This document shows, piece after piece, positions 1-10,851 of a stretch of 64,000 bases of DNA (its first letter is position 1; the number at the start of each line of letters is the position of its first letter). This stretch comes from Leptolyngbyaceae cyanobacterium (GTDB taxonomy: Bacteria; Cyanobacteriota; Cyanobacteriia; Phormidesmidales; Phormidesmidaceae): positions 2,400,001 to 2,464,000 of the forward strand of contig CBDHHL010000056.1 of NCBI GenBank assembly GCA_965263355.1, given 5' to 3'. Both the position numbers and the translations under genes were made by a program. The notes under the pieces were generated by a model. It was given only the letters and a program-made list of their open reading frames with translations. It did no database searches and was not told the DNA's origin.

Positions 1-698
1 GGAATGGGTTGGCGATGCTCTAACCTGCCTGATAGGGTCCCGAGCCCACCCACTAAGGCACCTAAACATGAAGCCAGCAGTATACTTAGCAGCAACCCTT
101 GCCAGCCTAACCAGGCTCCTAGCATAGCAGCTAACTTACCATCGCCGCCGCCCATAGCGGTCCTGCCCATCATGATGTCACCTAATATCCTAATACCATC
201 AAATAGCCAGAGGCCCAAAATACTGGCAGCAACACTAGCGATCAAGGCTGATGAAATCGTTTGGTCAGCTAGGAAAACGCCTTGGGCTAGCCAACCTAAA
301 CACACACCTGACATCGTTAAAGCATTCGGCAGGGTAAACGTGTCGATATCAATTAGGGTAAGGGTCACCAACCAACTAATTAAGCCCCAATAAATAGGCG
401 TTTCAAGCGTCCAGCCAAATCGTAGAAAGATAGCTACATACAACAGCCCGCTCAGCAATTCTACAAATGGATAACGTGACGAGATAGTACGCCGACAATA
501 ACGACAGCGACCACGCAACCATAACCAACCCAAAATGGGCACATTGTCATAGGTCTTTAAGCGCGTGTGACACTGAGGACAGTGGGATGGGGGGAACAGT
601 AGTGAACGTCCAGCTGGCAAGCGATAAACAACAACGTTAAGAAAACTACCAACAGCAGCGCCTAAAACAAAGACAAACAGATACGGTACTAGTGGCAT
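1..698 (-). CDS. pilD: Prepilin peptidase / N-methyltransferase (type IV leader peptidase), 3' end runs off the window
   Basis: Not in the ORF track. Manual translation from ATG at 698 gives MPLVPYLFVFVLGAAVGSFLNVVVYRLPAGRSLLFPPSHCPQCHTRLKTYDNVPILGWLWLRGRCRYC...RYPFVE, with two CxxC pairs and later MGGGDGKLAAMLGAWLGW (catalytic GxGD). Confidence 0.95.
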   Translation of the reverse strand, partial: MPLVPYLFVFVLGAAVGSFLNVVVYRLPAGRSLLFPPSHCPQCHTRLKTYDNVPILGWLWLRGRCRYCRRTISSRYPFVELLSGLLYVAIFLRFGWTLETPIYWGLISWLVTLTLIDIDTFTLPNALTMSGVCLGWLAQGVFLADQTISSALIASVAASILGLWLFDGIRILGDIMMGRTAMGGGDGKLAAMLGAWLGWQGLLLSILLASCLGALVGGLGTLSGRLEHRQPI

Positions 699-1016
699 CT
701 AATGCAGGCCTGGCTCTAGCTGAGTTAACGGAATAAAACTCTCATGGGGTAACAGTATAGGCTTGGGGCCAAAAATGAGTTTGCCGCGTCGGGTAGTACG
801 ACCAATGGCTACCCCAATCGGTCGGTCAACAATGTCAGGATGGACCTCGTAATAAGTACGATAAATGTGACGAGCCGCTCGTAGCAATGCCGGATCTAAC
901 ATAGATGACGGGGAGCGCAAATTAAGTGGACTACGCTGTAGCCCAGATGCTGCTACGCTGGGATGCACAGCCGCCTCACCGTAATTACCATACTCTGGCC
1001 GTTGTAAAGATGACAC
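699..1016 (-). CDS. Hypothetical protein, translationally adjacent to pilD
   Basis: 105-aa ORF (GTG start). Its TAG stop directly abuts the pilD ATG. Confidence 0.75.
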   Translation of the reverse strand: MSSLQRPEYGNYGEAAVHPSVAASGLQRSPLNLRSPSSMLDPALLRAARHIYRTYYEVHPDIVDRPIGVAIGRTTRRGKLIFGPKPILLPHESFIPLTQLEPGLH

Positions 1017-1230
1017 GACTGAATACTCCCTCTAGCTAGATAGTACTTTTGTAATGAGACTGATCTGATTTGTTGGCAAACGTAGCACGTCATTTGCTGA
1101 AAATACCCTATGTCTGCAAATAGAAACAGATCTGCCCCTATTCAGTACACCAATACTAGCTAGCATCGATGGATTGTGCCAGACCTTTCTCATCAGCATT
1201 ACTTCAAGGATGCTTAAGCTACATCTCAGA

Positions 1231-2319
1231 TCAGACTTCTTCATCCAGAGCTTGCAAAAGAGCCTCACCCATTGCCTTACAGCCAACAGCAGTCATCCCT
1301 TTGGCCATAATATCGCCGGTGCGATAGCCCTGATTGAGTACTGTATCTACAGCCTTTTCAATCATGGCAGCAGCTTGGGGGTGGTTCAAACCATAGCGCA
1401 GCATCATGGCAGCACTGAACACTTGCGCAAGGGGATTGGCTTTGTCTTGCCCCGCAATATCTGGAGCTGACCCATGCACAGGTTCAAATACACCGGGTCC
1501 CGAGACACCCAAGCTAGCGGAAGGGAGCATGCCTATGCTGCCAGTGAGCATAGCTGCCGCATCGGAAAGAATGTCACCAAATAAATTGCCCGTGACAATG
1601 GTGTCAAACTGCTTAGGCCAACGCAGTAGCTGCATGGCGGCATTGTCCACATATAAATGGGTTAATTCCACATCGGTGTAGTCCTGACCGAGGGCCGTCA
1701 TGCGATCGCGCCACAGCTGAGAAACTTCCAGGACATTAGCCTTATCCACGGAACACAGACGCCCCTGGCGCTTTTGGGCAGCCTCAAAAGCCACCCGACC
1801 AATGCGATCAACCTCAGCTCCGGTGTAGGCCATGGTATTCACCCCTCGCTGATCGCCATCGGCATCAAATACGCCACGGGGTTGTCCAAAGTAAATGCCG
1901 CCAGTTAACTCGCGTACCACCATAATATCCACCCCTTCAACCACCTCTCGCTTTAAAGAAGAGGAGTCAATTAACTGAGGCAAAATTGTGGCAGGTCGCA
2001 AATTAGCAAATAACCGCAGCCCCGCCCGCAGTCCTAGCAGACCTGTCTCTGGTCTCTGGTCACGGGGTAGTGAGTCCCACTTATAGCCACCGATAGCCGC
2101 CAACAGGACTGCATCACTTTGGCGACAGGTCGCCAAGGTTGCCTCCGGCAACGGGTTACCAGTCGCATCAATAGCACAACCGCCAATGGGTACCTCAGTA
2201 AAGTCAAACTGAATATCTACCTTTACACCAACCGATTTGAGAACATCAACAGCAACCGCTGTGATTTCAGGGCCAATACCATCGCCGGAAAGAAGAGTAA
2301 TACGAAACTGTTGGGTCAT
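1231..2319 (-). CDS. leuB: 3-isopropylmalate dehydrogenase
   Basis: Motifs [50 protein letters not shown]. Confidence 0.98.
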   Translation of the reverse strand: MTQQFRITLLSGDGIGPEITAVAVDVLKSVGVKVDIQFDFTEVPIGGCAIDATGNPLPEATLATCRQSDAVLLAAIGGYKWDSLPRDQRPETGLLGLRAGLRLFANLRPATILPQLIDSSSLKREVVEGVDIMVVRELTGGIYFGQPRGVFDADGDQRGVNTMAYTGAEVDRIGRVAFEAAQKRQGRLCSVDKANVLEVSQLWRDRMTALGQDYTDVELTHLYVDNAAMQLLRWPKQFDTIVTGNLFGDILSDAAAMLTGSIGMLPSASLGVSGPGVFEPVHGSAPDIAGQDKANPLAQVFSAAMMLRYGLNHPQAAAMIEKAVDTVLNQGYRTGDIMAKGMTAVGCKAMGEALLQALDEEV

Positions 2320-2377
2320 GGAGGCGAGTCAGATGATCAGAAAATCATATTGTAAGCATGGTGAAGCACGCAAGGCG

Positions 2378-3013
2378 ATGGACAAGTACATTTATCTTCA
2401 TGGGTTTGCCTCTGGCCCTCAATCTTACAAGGGCAGGTGGTTGCGATATCACCTCCAAAACTGCGACATTGACCTGCAACTGCTGGATCTTAACCAAGCA
2501 GACTTTGGCCATCTCACCCTAACTCGCCAAATTAATCAGGTAATCCAACAACTCCAAGGGCCTACCACCCTCATCGGTTCAAGTCTGGGGGGCATTGTCG
2601 CCGCCTGGGTAACCCAGCAATCTGCTTATGTTGAACGGCTGATTCTACTGGCTCCCGCCTTTCAATTTTTGAGCCAATATTTATCACGACTAGGACCAGA
2701 AAAACTGTGCCACTGGAAATCGACAGGCTGGCTATCGGTATATCACTATGGTCTAAAATCTCAACAGCAGTTGCACTATGATTTTTTAACCGATGCCCAA
2801 CGCTATCCAGACAGTCAATTAAAAAAGCCAGTCCCCACGTTGATTGTGCATGGTCAACAGGATGAGGTCATTGCGCTAGAGGCCAGCCGTCTCTATGCCC
2901 AACATCGGCCTTGGGTTACTCTGCATTCATTAGACACGGACCATAGCATGACCGACGCCATGGCAAACATTTGGCAACATATCCAGGATTTTTGTGAGCT
3001 ACCAAAGTTTTGA
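2378..3013 (+). CDS. YqiA/YcfP-like alpha/beta hydrolase (esterase)
   Basis: YLHGFASGP, GSSLGG nucleophile elbow, HGQQDEVI, terminal DH. Start moved to MDKYIY (2378) to avoid overlap with leuB. Confidence 0.9.
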   Translation: MDKYIYLHGFASGPQSYKGRWLRYHLQNCDIDLQLLDLNQADFGHLTLTRQINQVIQQLQGPTTLIGSSLGGIVAAWVTQQSAYVERLILLAPAFQFLSQYLSRLGPEKLCHWKSTGWLSVYHYGLKSQQQLHYDFLTDAQRYPDSQLKKPVPTLIVHGQQDEVIALEASRLYAQHRPWVTLHSLDTDHSMTDAMANIWQHIQDFCELPKF

Positions 3014-3114
3014 GCTGAATCAGCCCTCAAAACTTGTAACTGATAACAGCTAACATTACGGATCAGTCCTAACAAAATGGCACAATAGGTAGCCTGCTGC
3101 CCATAGAATTTTCC

Positions 3115-4233
3115 ATGCTGCCTTTCTTGCGTGCTGATCTAGCCAACCTCAAGGCTTATCATCCTCACCCACCCATTCCCGAGCCCTATGATCAGCTTGA
3201 TACTAATGAGAGTCCACTTGATCTGCCAGCAGAGATAAAGGCGTCTTTAGCCAGCCACTATCAGCAAATCCTGGCAGCTAATCGCTATCCAGATGGTGGC
3301 CATACAGACCTTAAACAGGCCATTGCTGACTATGTAGCAGAAACAGCTGACGCTGCAACAACCATTGACATATCAGTAAACAATATATCGGTAGGCAATG
3401 GTTCTGATGAACTTATCCGTTCTCTGCTGATTGCAACGGCCCTTGACAACGGTTCAATTTTGGTAGCTAGCCCCACATTTTCAATGTATAGCATCCTGGC
3501 CCAAACCTTAGGTATTCCAGTTGTCGATGTCGGTCGCAGAGGTGACTTTTGTATCAATTTAGATAGGGCCCAAACTGCAATTGAACAGGAAACGATCCGG
3601 GCTGTGTTTATGGTGCATCCCAACTCCCCTACCGCCAATCCTTTGACAACGCCTGAAATTGACTGGCTACGACAGTTGCCTAGTGATGTGTTAGTCGTCA
3701 TCGATGAAGCGTATTTTGAATTTAGTGGACACACCCTTGTGGCTGATAGCCTGAGCCGTACTAATTGGGTAGTTCTGAGAACGTTCTCTAAAGCCTTTCG
3801 CCTCGCCGCCCACCGCGTCGGCTATGCCATTGCCCAGCCCGAACTGATTAACGCTCTAGAAAAAGTGAGGCTTCCCTACAATTTGCCAAGTTTTTCCCAA
3901 GCAGCAGCCTTAGCTGCTTTAACACACCGCTCCTCACTTTTAGCGGCTGTAGATAACACCATCACAGAACGGAAAAAAATGGTCACTTGGCTACAGGCGC
4001 AAGCCATGCTTTCCCTATGGCCTAGCAAAGCCAATTTTATTTATTGTCGTTTAAGCAATCAGGGGTTGTCGAAATTTGGGATGTCCCAAGCTGAGGGACT
4101 GAATTACATCTTTAAATACCTACTTCAGCAAGGCACCTTAATCCGTTATACGGGAGGAGGACTCCGTATTAGTTTGGGCACCACCGAAGAAAATCAGCGC
4201 ACACGGAAAAACCTACAGGCCTTGCTTCAATAA
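3115..4233 (+). CDS. hisC: Histidinol-phosphate aminotransferase
   Basis: [48 protein letters not shown] (PLP lysine). Confidence 0.95.
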   Translation: MLPFLRADLANLKAYHPHPPIPEPYDQLDTNESPLDLPAEIKASLASHYQQILAANRYPDGGHTDLKQAIADYVAETADAATTIDISVNNISVGNGSDELIRSLLIATALDNGSILVASPTFSMYSILAQTLGIPVVDVGRRGDFCINLDRAQTAIEQETIRAVFMVHPNSPTANPLTTPEIDWLRQLPSDVLVVIDEAYFEFSGHTLVADSLSRTNWVVLRTFSKAFRLAAHRVGYAIAQPELINALEKVRLPYNLPSFSQAAALAALTHRSSLLAAVDNTITERKKMVTWLQAQAMLSLWPSKANFIYCRLSNQGLSKFGMSQAEGLNYIFKYLLQQGTLIRYTGGGLRISLGTTEENQRTRKNLQALLQ

Positions 4234-4271
4234 CGGCAAGGGCCGTTCAATACCCTTATAGACTATGGCGT

Positions 4272-4904
4272 TTAACGGCTCATTTCCATACGTACACGGC
4301 GAACGGTTTGAGGCAGAACCCCAACCATCAAAGCAAATGCTTCGTTCGGGACGTTATCAATGGTGCTTTTATCAAAGTAAGTCTTAAACTGATCCAAAAT
4401 CATTTGGGCCCGATCGGTGGAACGAGGTTGATCAGTAAAATTCTGAGTTAAGCGAATCCACTGTAGACGGATTTTTAGAGCTTTTTGATGGTCCTCATGA
4501 TCATCAGGTTCAATTAAAGATAAATTTCCAAGGGGAATGATTTTATGACATCCCTGATCAAAATCACCGCCCACGGCTGCGCCAGGACCAGCAAATTCAG
4601 CATAAAACTCTCGAAAAAGAATCAGGCCGTTGCGACGACGACTATTGACGACTAATAAATCGCCACGATTAATTTTTTTGAGCAAACTGTCAACGGCTAA
4701 CGTTTCATTCACAGGCAAATTAGAACTAGAACCAAGAGGCTGCTTAGCTCGCTCAGCCCACCACTTTACCGTACTATCTTCTAGGTGCATAGCATTAACG
4801 GGAGGTGGTTGTGCTTGCACATTAAATATGTGGGCGCGCTTTCGGCCAAATGGCTTAACCGACGATGAGTAGAGTGAAGGTGGCTTGGATTGAGCATCCA
4901 TCAT
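4272..4904 (-). CDS. Hypothetical protein with a Crp/Fnr-like C-terminal helix-turn-helix
   Basis: C-terminal DRAQMIL...VPNEAFALMVGVLPQTVRRVR resembles the Crp HTH (LAxxVGxxxETVxR). FAGPGAAVG resembles a degenerate cNMP beta-roll. Confidence 0.6.
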   Translation of the reverse strand: MMDAQSKPPSLYSSSVKPFGRKRAHIFNVQAQPPPVNAMHLEDSTVKWWAERAKQPLGSSSNLPVNETLAVDSLLKKINRGDLLVVNSRRRNGLILFREFYAEFAGPGAAVGGDFDQGCHKIIPLGNLSLIEPDDHEDHQKALKIRLQWIRLTQNFTDQPRSTDRAQMILDQFKTYFDKSTIDNVPNEAFALMVGVLPQTVRRVRMEMSR

Positions 4905-5198
4905 TTTAGAGCGTCTACCTAGGGCTAAGGTAATCCAGACTAATTACTCTTATTTGATACGAGCACGATGACTTTCGTGTACTAAATCAATCGAGTTTTA
5001 TCCAGTCTTTGATAGTTACCAGTCCCTCCTCATACTCACTACATAAAAAATAATATTTATCAGGAGGATATGGATATTTTCACGGTATAAGGGGTAATAA
5101 ACTCTGTATCCAAAGTGCACTAGACTTTCTATAAATACGTAAATAACAGTTTTCTAGGTATAACTCTAAGCACTTTTTATTTTGAGTACATTAAACAC

Positions 5199-5795
5199 TC
5201 AGGTTAATAACTCTTTAACCATCATTTGTCGCTGCTGCCAGAAAGGTGTCTCACCGCAGGCGGCGTAACCAATCTTGCGATATAGAGCAATAGCAGGGGG
5301 ATTATCCGTAGCAACATGGAGATAAAGCCTCTGACAGCCCCAAGTTTGACCAATATATTCACAAGCCAGCAGCATTTGTTGAGCCAAGCCACGACGACGA
5401 TGGTGGGCCTCTACCGCAACATTGGCAATATAGGGGCGACGGGGCTGTAGAGGTTGCCAGAACTGAGATCGCAACGAAATTTCTACCGTGCCTACTATTT
5501 TGGCCTCAGCAGACTTCTCCACAACCACTAAGCAACCATACTGATGCGAAGAGTTCTTTAAACGCCGCTTAATATCCTCTTGAATACCCAGACGCATCAA
5601 TGGATATAGCCAACGATTCAAGCGACCCTCAGGGTAGAAACTCGTCAGTAGTAACTCAACTAACTGGGATAAATCTGCAGGGTAGGCAGGCCGAAGTCGG
5701 TAGTTTTGGGGCAGAGTATGGACTCTTTCCCAGTTAAGTGTTGACATGGTGAGCGGCTGACCAGCTGGGGAACTCTTAGTTGGTAATAGGACCAT
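5199..5795 (-). CDS. GNAT family N-acetyltransferase
   Basis: YIANVAVEAHHRRRGLA (acetyl-CoA motif A) and LHVATDNPPAIALYRKIGY. Confidence 0.93.
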   Translation of the reverse strand: MVLLPTKSSPAGQPLTMSTLNWERVHTLPQNYRLRPAYPADLSQLVELLLTSFYPEGRLNRWLYPLMRLGIQEDIKRRLKNSSHQYGCLVVVEKSAEAKIVGTVEISLRSQFWQPLQPRRPYIANVAVEAHHRRRGLAQQMLLACEYIGQTWGCQRLYLHVATDNPPAIALYRKIGYAACGETPFWQQRQMMVKELLT

Positions 5796-5908
5796 TCAAG
5801 CAGGTAATGTTCACATCGTAATGAATGGTTAAAAACACGGTCCAAGGGCGCACTACATTTTCTGCAGTCTATTCATTCCTACAGTCGATCAGATAACCAA
5901 CAGGGTGC

Positions 5909-8900
5909 ATGTCTAGTCCAACACGTAATCGACAAGCCCACGCGGTCAAGCCCAAAATTCTAGTCGTTGACGATGAACCTGACAATTTAGACCTGTTCTA
6001 TCGAACGTTCTATAGAGAATTTAAGGTTCTGCGGGCAGACAGTGGTCAAAACGCATTGACAAGTTTGGCCGAGAACCCAGATACCGCTGCCATTATTTCA
6101 GACCAGCGCATGCCCCATATGAGCGGCACAGAGTTGCTTTTACAAGTTGCGCAAAGCTACCCCAATACAATGCGGATAATGTTGACAGGCTACACTGATG
6201 TAGATGACCTAGTCGACGCTATCAATACAGGCAAGGTATTTAAGTACATTACTAAGCCCTGGGAGGAAGAGGATCTGCGAGGGGTAGTTCAACAGGCTAT
6301 CGAAACTCACTTAGTCCTCAAATCAAGAACTCGAGAACTTGATCGTATTCTTGAGCAAGAAACTCTCCTCAACGAAATCACCCACACTATTCACAGCACC
6401 GAAACCTCCGAAAAGATGCTGCAGGTAATCACCCGCACAGTGGGAGCAGCATTTGAAGCGGATTATTGTGTCCTACGGCCTTTGTATGATTCGCCAGGGC
6501 AGGGACAGAACTTCTGGACCTACCAAGCGGCTTCAGCCGCGAACATTGATGGAGACACTCTGGCAGACACCGCTATTGATAGCGATAGCCTACAGGTGAT
6601 GACGGCACCCAATCTCCCTGACCATAAGGCTTATCGAATCTTAAGCCCCCAATCTAGTATTCTTATACCGCTCACCAACAAACGTGAGCCTTTGGCCATT
6701 TTGGCACTGCATCACTGCCAGCAGGCCAAACGTTGGCAAACAGAGGAGCTAAAAACCCTGGGGACTTTGGTAGATCAAGCGGCCCTGGCATTGGCGCAGG
6801 CATGGACCTACGAACGAGTCCAGGCTCTGGCACAGCGAGAAGTCTTAATTAACACAATCACTCAGGCAATTCACAGTAGCTTAGAGCCAAAACAAATCTT
6901 TTCAGCCATCACCCAAAAACTGGGACAAGCTCTGCAAACTGACGGCTGTGCAATTTCGTTATGGACCCAGGACGATGACTATGTCGACTGTGTCGGCTTG
7001 TATGATGCCAAACAGGAAAAGATTCTCTCCTTACCAAAATCTCAGGTCAAAATCAGCGAGAACCCCATTCTACAGGAACTGCTAGTCAGCCGATCGCCCG
7101 TCGTCTTTGATGACTTATCGACATCGACCATTCACACCCCTAGCCATTTATCTCTTCAGGCACAGACAACGGCCCTACTGGTAGTGCCCTTAATTACTGA
7201 CGGTCAAATCATCGGTAGCATCAGTTTACGCCAGACCCAACCTCGTCACTGGCATATGGAAGAAATCAACTTGGCCCAGGCAGTTGCCAATCAAGCGGCG
7301 ATCGCAGTGCAGCAAGCTCGGTTATACCAAACCACCCGTCAACAGGCCGAACAATTAATGGCACTAGACAAGCAAAAGACTACATTTTTTCAGAACATTT
7401 CCCATGAATTTCGCACCCCTCTAACCCTGACCATCGGTCCCCTAGAGTCGGCTGTGGAAAATGGTACTGGACTGCCCCTAGATCAGTCGGTCATTGCCCT
7501 GCGCAATTCGCGTCGATTGCTGCGACTTGTCAACCAGCTACTGGACCTCCAGCGGCTTGATGCCGGGCGCATGCAGGCGACTTTTTATCCCTGCGACTTT
7601 GATCAAGTTGTTAAGGGCGTTGCTGAGGCATTTCAAGCCTATTGCGATCGCAAACGCATTACTCTAACCACTCAAATTCAGCCCTGCCCTTCGGTCTACC
7701 TTGACCTCGAAAAATTTGACAAGGTGCTCTATAACATTCTGTCCAATGCCGTTAAATTCACCCCAGCAGGAGGGGCCATTCAAATCACCTTAAATACCTT
7801 TGAAACCCGTTGCTATCTGGAGATCGAAGACACAGGGATTGGTATCCGAAAAGAACAACTACCCTACATTTTTGAACGCTTTCAACAGGCCGATGGCTCT
7901 GCTAATCGTACCCATGAGGGCACAGGCTTAGGTCTGGCACTTGTGAAAGAGTTGGTCGAACTTCATGGCGGGGAAATTCGAGTATCCTCCTCTTATGGGG
8001 CTGGCACCTTATTTACCGTTGAACTGCCGACAGGAGCTGACCATCTACCTGCGGATCGTGTCAATCAAACTGCCCGTACCCTGGAACAGAGGCGAGCAGC
8101 GGTAGAACTCGCCGATCTCCACAATCAAGTAGTGGCTGACACCACATTAGAGCCAACCCCAACTACATTAGAACCAACCCCAACTGCAGATACTGAAGAC
8201 ACTGCAGCGATTGAGCCACTCTCTTCCCCCACAATACCAAACATAGAAATAGCCGCATTATCAAATGCAACTGTAGCTCCAGAGAGTACAACCATCCTCG
8301 TCGTTGATGACAACCCAGATTTACGAAATTATGTAGCAACAATCTTGAAACAACAGAAATATCGCATCAAGACAGCAGATAACGGCGCAACTGGCCTTGC
8401 TGTAGCCAATCACATTCAGCCTCAATTGATTATTACGGATCTGATGATGCCCCAGGTTTCCGGGATAGAACTCATTCAGAAGGTCCGCCTTAATCCCAAA
8501 CTGCAAGGTACGCCCATCATTTTACTCACAGCCAAGGTCGATGATGACACTCGCTTAGAAGGCGTCGAACAGGGAGCAGATGCTTACATATCGAAGCCAT
8601 TTAAGGATCGCGAACTTTTGGCTGAAGTACGTAATTTATTGGCACTTAAGGCCAACGAACACCGGATAGCAGAACTCAACCAGTACCTCACTGAATCTGT
8701 CCTCAAGCGCTTTTTACCAGACTCCTTGGTGCAAAAGGCTGCCCATGGAACCCTACAGCTCAATCTCAAGCCCGAACCTCGCTTAGTGACCGTTTTATTT
8801 AGCGATATTGTGGGATTTACCCAACTGTCTAATACGTTGCGATCTCGCCGGGTAGCCGAACTCCTCAACGAATATTTTGAAGCCATGACCCATGCCATTT

Positions 8901-9358
8901 TTACCAGTGGCGGCACCGTTGATAAATTTATGGGGGACGCTGTTCTAGCCTTATTTGGTGCGCCAGAACCCCTGAGTCCCAATGAACAAGTCAGGCGTGC
9001 GATCGCAGCTGCGCGCCATATGTATAAAGCCCTAGAAGAGCTGAACCAACGTTGGAGTCAGCAGGGCGTTCCCCCTGTTAGATTCCGCTGTGGTATTCAT
9101 CAAGGCACTGCCGTAGTCGGCATGTTTGGCAGTGCTCAAAGAACAGACTATACCGCCATCGGCCCTAGCGTTAATATCGCTGCGCGCCTCCAAGAAGCCG
9201 CTGACGGCGAAAGCATTTTAGTCTCCGCCGCTGTCGCCGACTACCTCGACGAACAAGAAATCGTTAAATTCAGCCCTCTAAAGCTCAAGGGCATTGATGA
9301 AACAGTTCTAACATTCAACGTTAAAACAACCCTGCCAGAAGGTATAGGGATATCGTAG
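5909..9358 (+). CDS. cyaC: Hybrid sensor adenylate cyclase (REC-GAF-GAF-HisKA-HATPase-REC-class III cyclase), CyaC type
   Basis: ILVVDDEP...SDQRMP REC; two GAF domains; ISHEFRTPL H-box; NILSNAVKF, DTGIGI, GTGLGL; second REC; FSDIVGFT, DKFMGDAV, TAIGPSVNIAARLQ. This domain order is that of cyanobacterial CyaC. Confidence 0.93.
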   Translation: MSSPTRNRQAHAVKPKILVVDDEPDNLDLFYRTFYREFKVLRADSGQNALTSLAENPDTAAIISDQRMPHMSGTELLLQVAQSYPNTMRIMLTGYTDVDDLVDAINTGKVFKYITKPWEEEDLRGVVQQAIETHLVLKSRTRELDRILEQETLLNEITHTIHSTETSEKMLQVITRTVGAAFEADYCVLRPLYDSPGQGQNFWTYQAASAANIDGDTLADTAIDSDSLQVMTAPNLPDHKAYRILSPQSSILIPLTNKREPLAILALHHCQQAKRWQTEELKTLGTLVDQAALALAQAWTYERVQALAQREVLINTITQAIHSSLEPKQIFSAITQKLGQALQTDGCAISLWTQDDDYVDCVGLYDAKQEKILSLPKSQVKISENPILQELLVSRSPVVFDDLSTSTIHTPSHLSLQAQTTALLVVPLITDGQIIGSISLRQTQPRHWHMEEINLAQAVANQAAIAVQQARLYQTTRQQAEQLMALDKQKTTFFQNISHEFRTPLTLTIGPLESAVENGTGLPLDQSVIALRNSRRLLRLVNQLLDLQRLDAGRMQATFYPCDFDQVVKGVAEAFQAYCDRKRITLTTQIQPCPSVYLDLEKFDKVLYNILSNAVKFTPAGGAIQITLNTFETRCYLEIEDTGIGIRKEQLPYIFERFQQADGSANRTHEGTGLGLALVKELVELHGGEIRVSSSYGAGTLFTVELPTGADHLPADRVNQTARTLEQRRAAVELADLHNQVVADTTLEPTPTTLEPTPTADTEDTAAIEPLSSPTIPNIEIAALSNATVAPESTTILVVDDNPDLRNYVATILKQQKYRIKTADNGATGLAVANHIQPQLIITDLMMPQVSGIELIQKVRLNPKLQGTPIILLTAKVDDDTRLEGVEQGADAYISKPFKDRELLAEVRNLLALKANEHRIAELNQYLTESVLKRFLPDSLVQKAAHGTLQLNLKPEPRLVTVLFSDIVGFTQLSNTLRSRRVAELLNEYFEAMTHAIFTSGGTVDKFMGDAVLALFGAPEPLSPNEQVRRAIAAARHMYKALEELNQRWSQQGVPPVRFRCGIHQGTAVVGMFGSAQRTDYTAIGPSVNIAARLQEAADGESILVSAAVADYLDEQEIVKFSPLKLKGIDETVLTFNVKTTLPEGIGIS
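8141..8182 (+). repeat. 2 x 21-nt tandem repeat (TTLEPTP) in the CyaC interdomain linker
   Basis: accacattagagccaacccca / actacattagaaccaacccca. Confidence 0.85.
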
Positions 9359-9382
9359 ATGGCAGCATTGCATGCCATGCCC

Positions 9383-9985
9383 TTAACCTGTAGGTAACCC
9401 ATAGCTATGCATGATGTGGCGCATGCGTTTTTTGGCCCGTGATACCCGTTTGCGCAATGTGGCTTGGCTGGGAATATCGGTTTCCCCCAGCTGCTCTAGA
9501 CGACTAGTAATTTGTGCCCACGACAATTGCTCAATCGTACGCCATACCAATAGTTGAGCCGTATGGTCATCCTCACGAGATAAGGCTCTGAGAGCCTTGT
9601 AGAGTAAATCAATCTCATGGCGCAAATCAATCGACTCCAGTACATAGTCAGGCTCAGCCCCGACACGATACTCGACATCATCATAACTCTGGGATGCCTG
9701 CCGCTGGGCCTGACGGCTTTTCTCACGCACGATATTGAACGCAGTGCGCTTGAGCCAGGCATGGGGATTGTAAATAACTTCACCATTACGCTGACGTGTT
9801 TTTCCCCGTAGATAGGCCTCAAACAAAATTTCATAGGGTTCAAACTGATGCATCAGTCGAAACTGATAGAGATGGCGGCGAACCGTAGCCAATGTGGAAT
9901 AAGCATAGGAATTACCACGACCTAAAATTTCAGAAAGGGCAAGATCCAAAACATCCAATAACGGCAATTCAGGTTGGTCAGCCAT
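9383..9985 (-). CDS. Atypical ECF-like sigma-70 family factor
   Basis: Sigma2-like EILFEAYLRG...HAWLKRTAFNIVREKSR and sigma4-like LSWAQI...SQATLRKRVSRAKKRMR. 200 aa, no sigma3 region. Confidence 0.8.
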   Translation of the reverse strand: MADQPELPLLDVLDLALSEILGRGNSYAYSTLATVRRHLYQFRLMHQFEPYEILFEAYLRGKTRQRNGEVIYNPHAWLKRTAFNIVREKSRQAQRQASQSYDDVEYRVGAEPDYVLESIDLRHEIDLLYKALRALSREDDHTAQLLVWRTIEQLSWAQITSRLEQLGETDIPSQATLRKRVSRAKKRMRHIMHSYGLPTG

Positions 9986-10011
9986 ACCAATGAGCAGGGG
10001 ATTCTCTTACA

Positions 10012-10038
10012 TAGTGATGTTCAGTGTGGCCCCGTGAC
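10012..10038 (-). promoter_or_regulatory. Candidate ECF promoter GTCAC-N17-CACTA (copy 1, facing the sigma gene)
   Basis: Minus strand GTCAC ggggccacactgaacat CACTA, ending 26 nt before the ATG at 9985. Confidence 0.7.
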
Positions 10039-10144
10039 ATTACGCATTTATCTATATTTATTCAAGAATACGTAGGTTTGCCCACAGAGGACCGTAGTTT
10101 ATCGTAACGACTTCAGCCAATTAGGAAACCATTTGAAATTTGCC

Positions 10145-10171
10145 GTCACAGTAGTATGGTCCCAGCCACTA
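10145..10171 (+). promoter_or_regulatory. Candidate ECF promoter GTCAC-N17-CACTA (copy 2, facing the PG-binding gene)
   Basis: GTCAC agtagtatggtcccagc CACTA, 45 nt before the ATG at 10217. Confidence 0.7.
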
Positions 10172-10216
10172 ACCACTTAGCGTACTCATTCAGCACCGTT
10201 TAATGGAGACAAACCC

Positions 10217-10702
10217 ATGTTTAGCAATTCCAGCAATGTCAGCATTAGCAATCATGCCCAGCAACATCATGATTTGATCCATGCATATTGCCAGTTATCC
10301 ATCAAGCCTGACCTGAACGATAGTGATACTGATCGTTTGGACGGTATTTTGGCAATGGCTGAAACCGATTCGCTCATAAGTTTCTTAATCGATGAAGCAG
10401 ATCATATGCTGTCACACTTATATAGTTTGATTGATGAGAACGATATTGCTGACCAGCAGAAAAAATTACAAGCCTGCCTTAACGAATCATGGCTAAACCA
10501 AGCTTTTCAGGACCTAGCCCATCGTCTGCAAACGTCACAATGTAAAAGCCTGCAACAATACCTTAAAGAAGAGGGCTTTTACACCGGAGCGATTGATGGG
10601 GTAATGGGGTCCTTGACCAAAGCTGCCATGAAGCAATGTTGCGAACAGCAAGGACAACTGCCACAGCCATTACCGATTCATACCCCAGAGACTGTGAATT
10701 AA
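10217..10702 (+). CDS. Protein with an uncharacterised N-terminal helical domain and a C-terminal peptidoglycan-binding (PG_binding_1-like) domain
   Basis: LQQYLKEEGFYTGAIDGVMGSLTKAAMKQ matches the LQxxLxxxGyyxGxiDGxxGxxTxxA pattern. GGAG RBS upstream. Confidence 0.8.
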   Translation: MFSNSSNVSISNHAQQHHDLIHAYCQLSIKPDLNDSDTDRLDGILAMAETDSLISFLIDEADHMLSHLYSLIDENDIADQQKKLQACLNESWLNQAFQDLAHRLQTSQCKSLQQYLKEEGFYTGAIDGVMGSLTKAAMKQCCEQQGQLPQPLPIHTPETVN

Positions 10703-10797
10703 TAAAATGCTGTATTCCTTTTAACGCAAAGCTTTATACAACTTGGACTATAGCCAATTTGCTGATCCAATCGCTGTACTGACCACTATACCTACCG

Positions 10798-10824
10798 GTC
10801 ACATCTGCACGGAGGTCATCACTA
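10798..10824 (+). promoter_or_regulatory. Candidate ECF promoter GTCAC-N17-CACTA (copy 3, facing the pentapeptide gene)
   Basis: GTCAC atctgcacggaggtcat CACTA, about 30 nt before the ORF start. Confidence 0.7.
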
Positions 10825-10851
10825 GTAGATAAGTAAGCCTACTAGACTCCT

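Noticed and set aside
4..393. 129-aa plus-strand ORF
   Set aside because: Antisense shadow of pilD, which has clear motifs on the minus strand.
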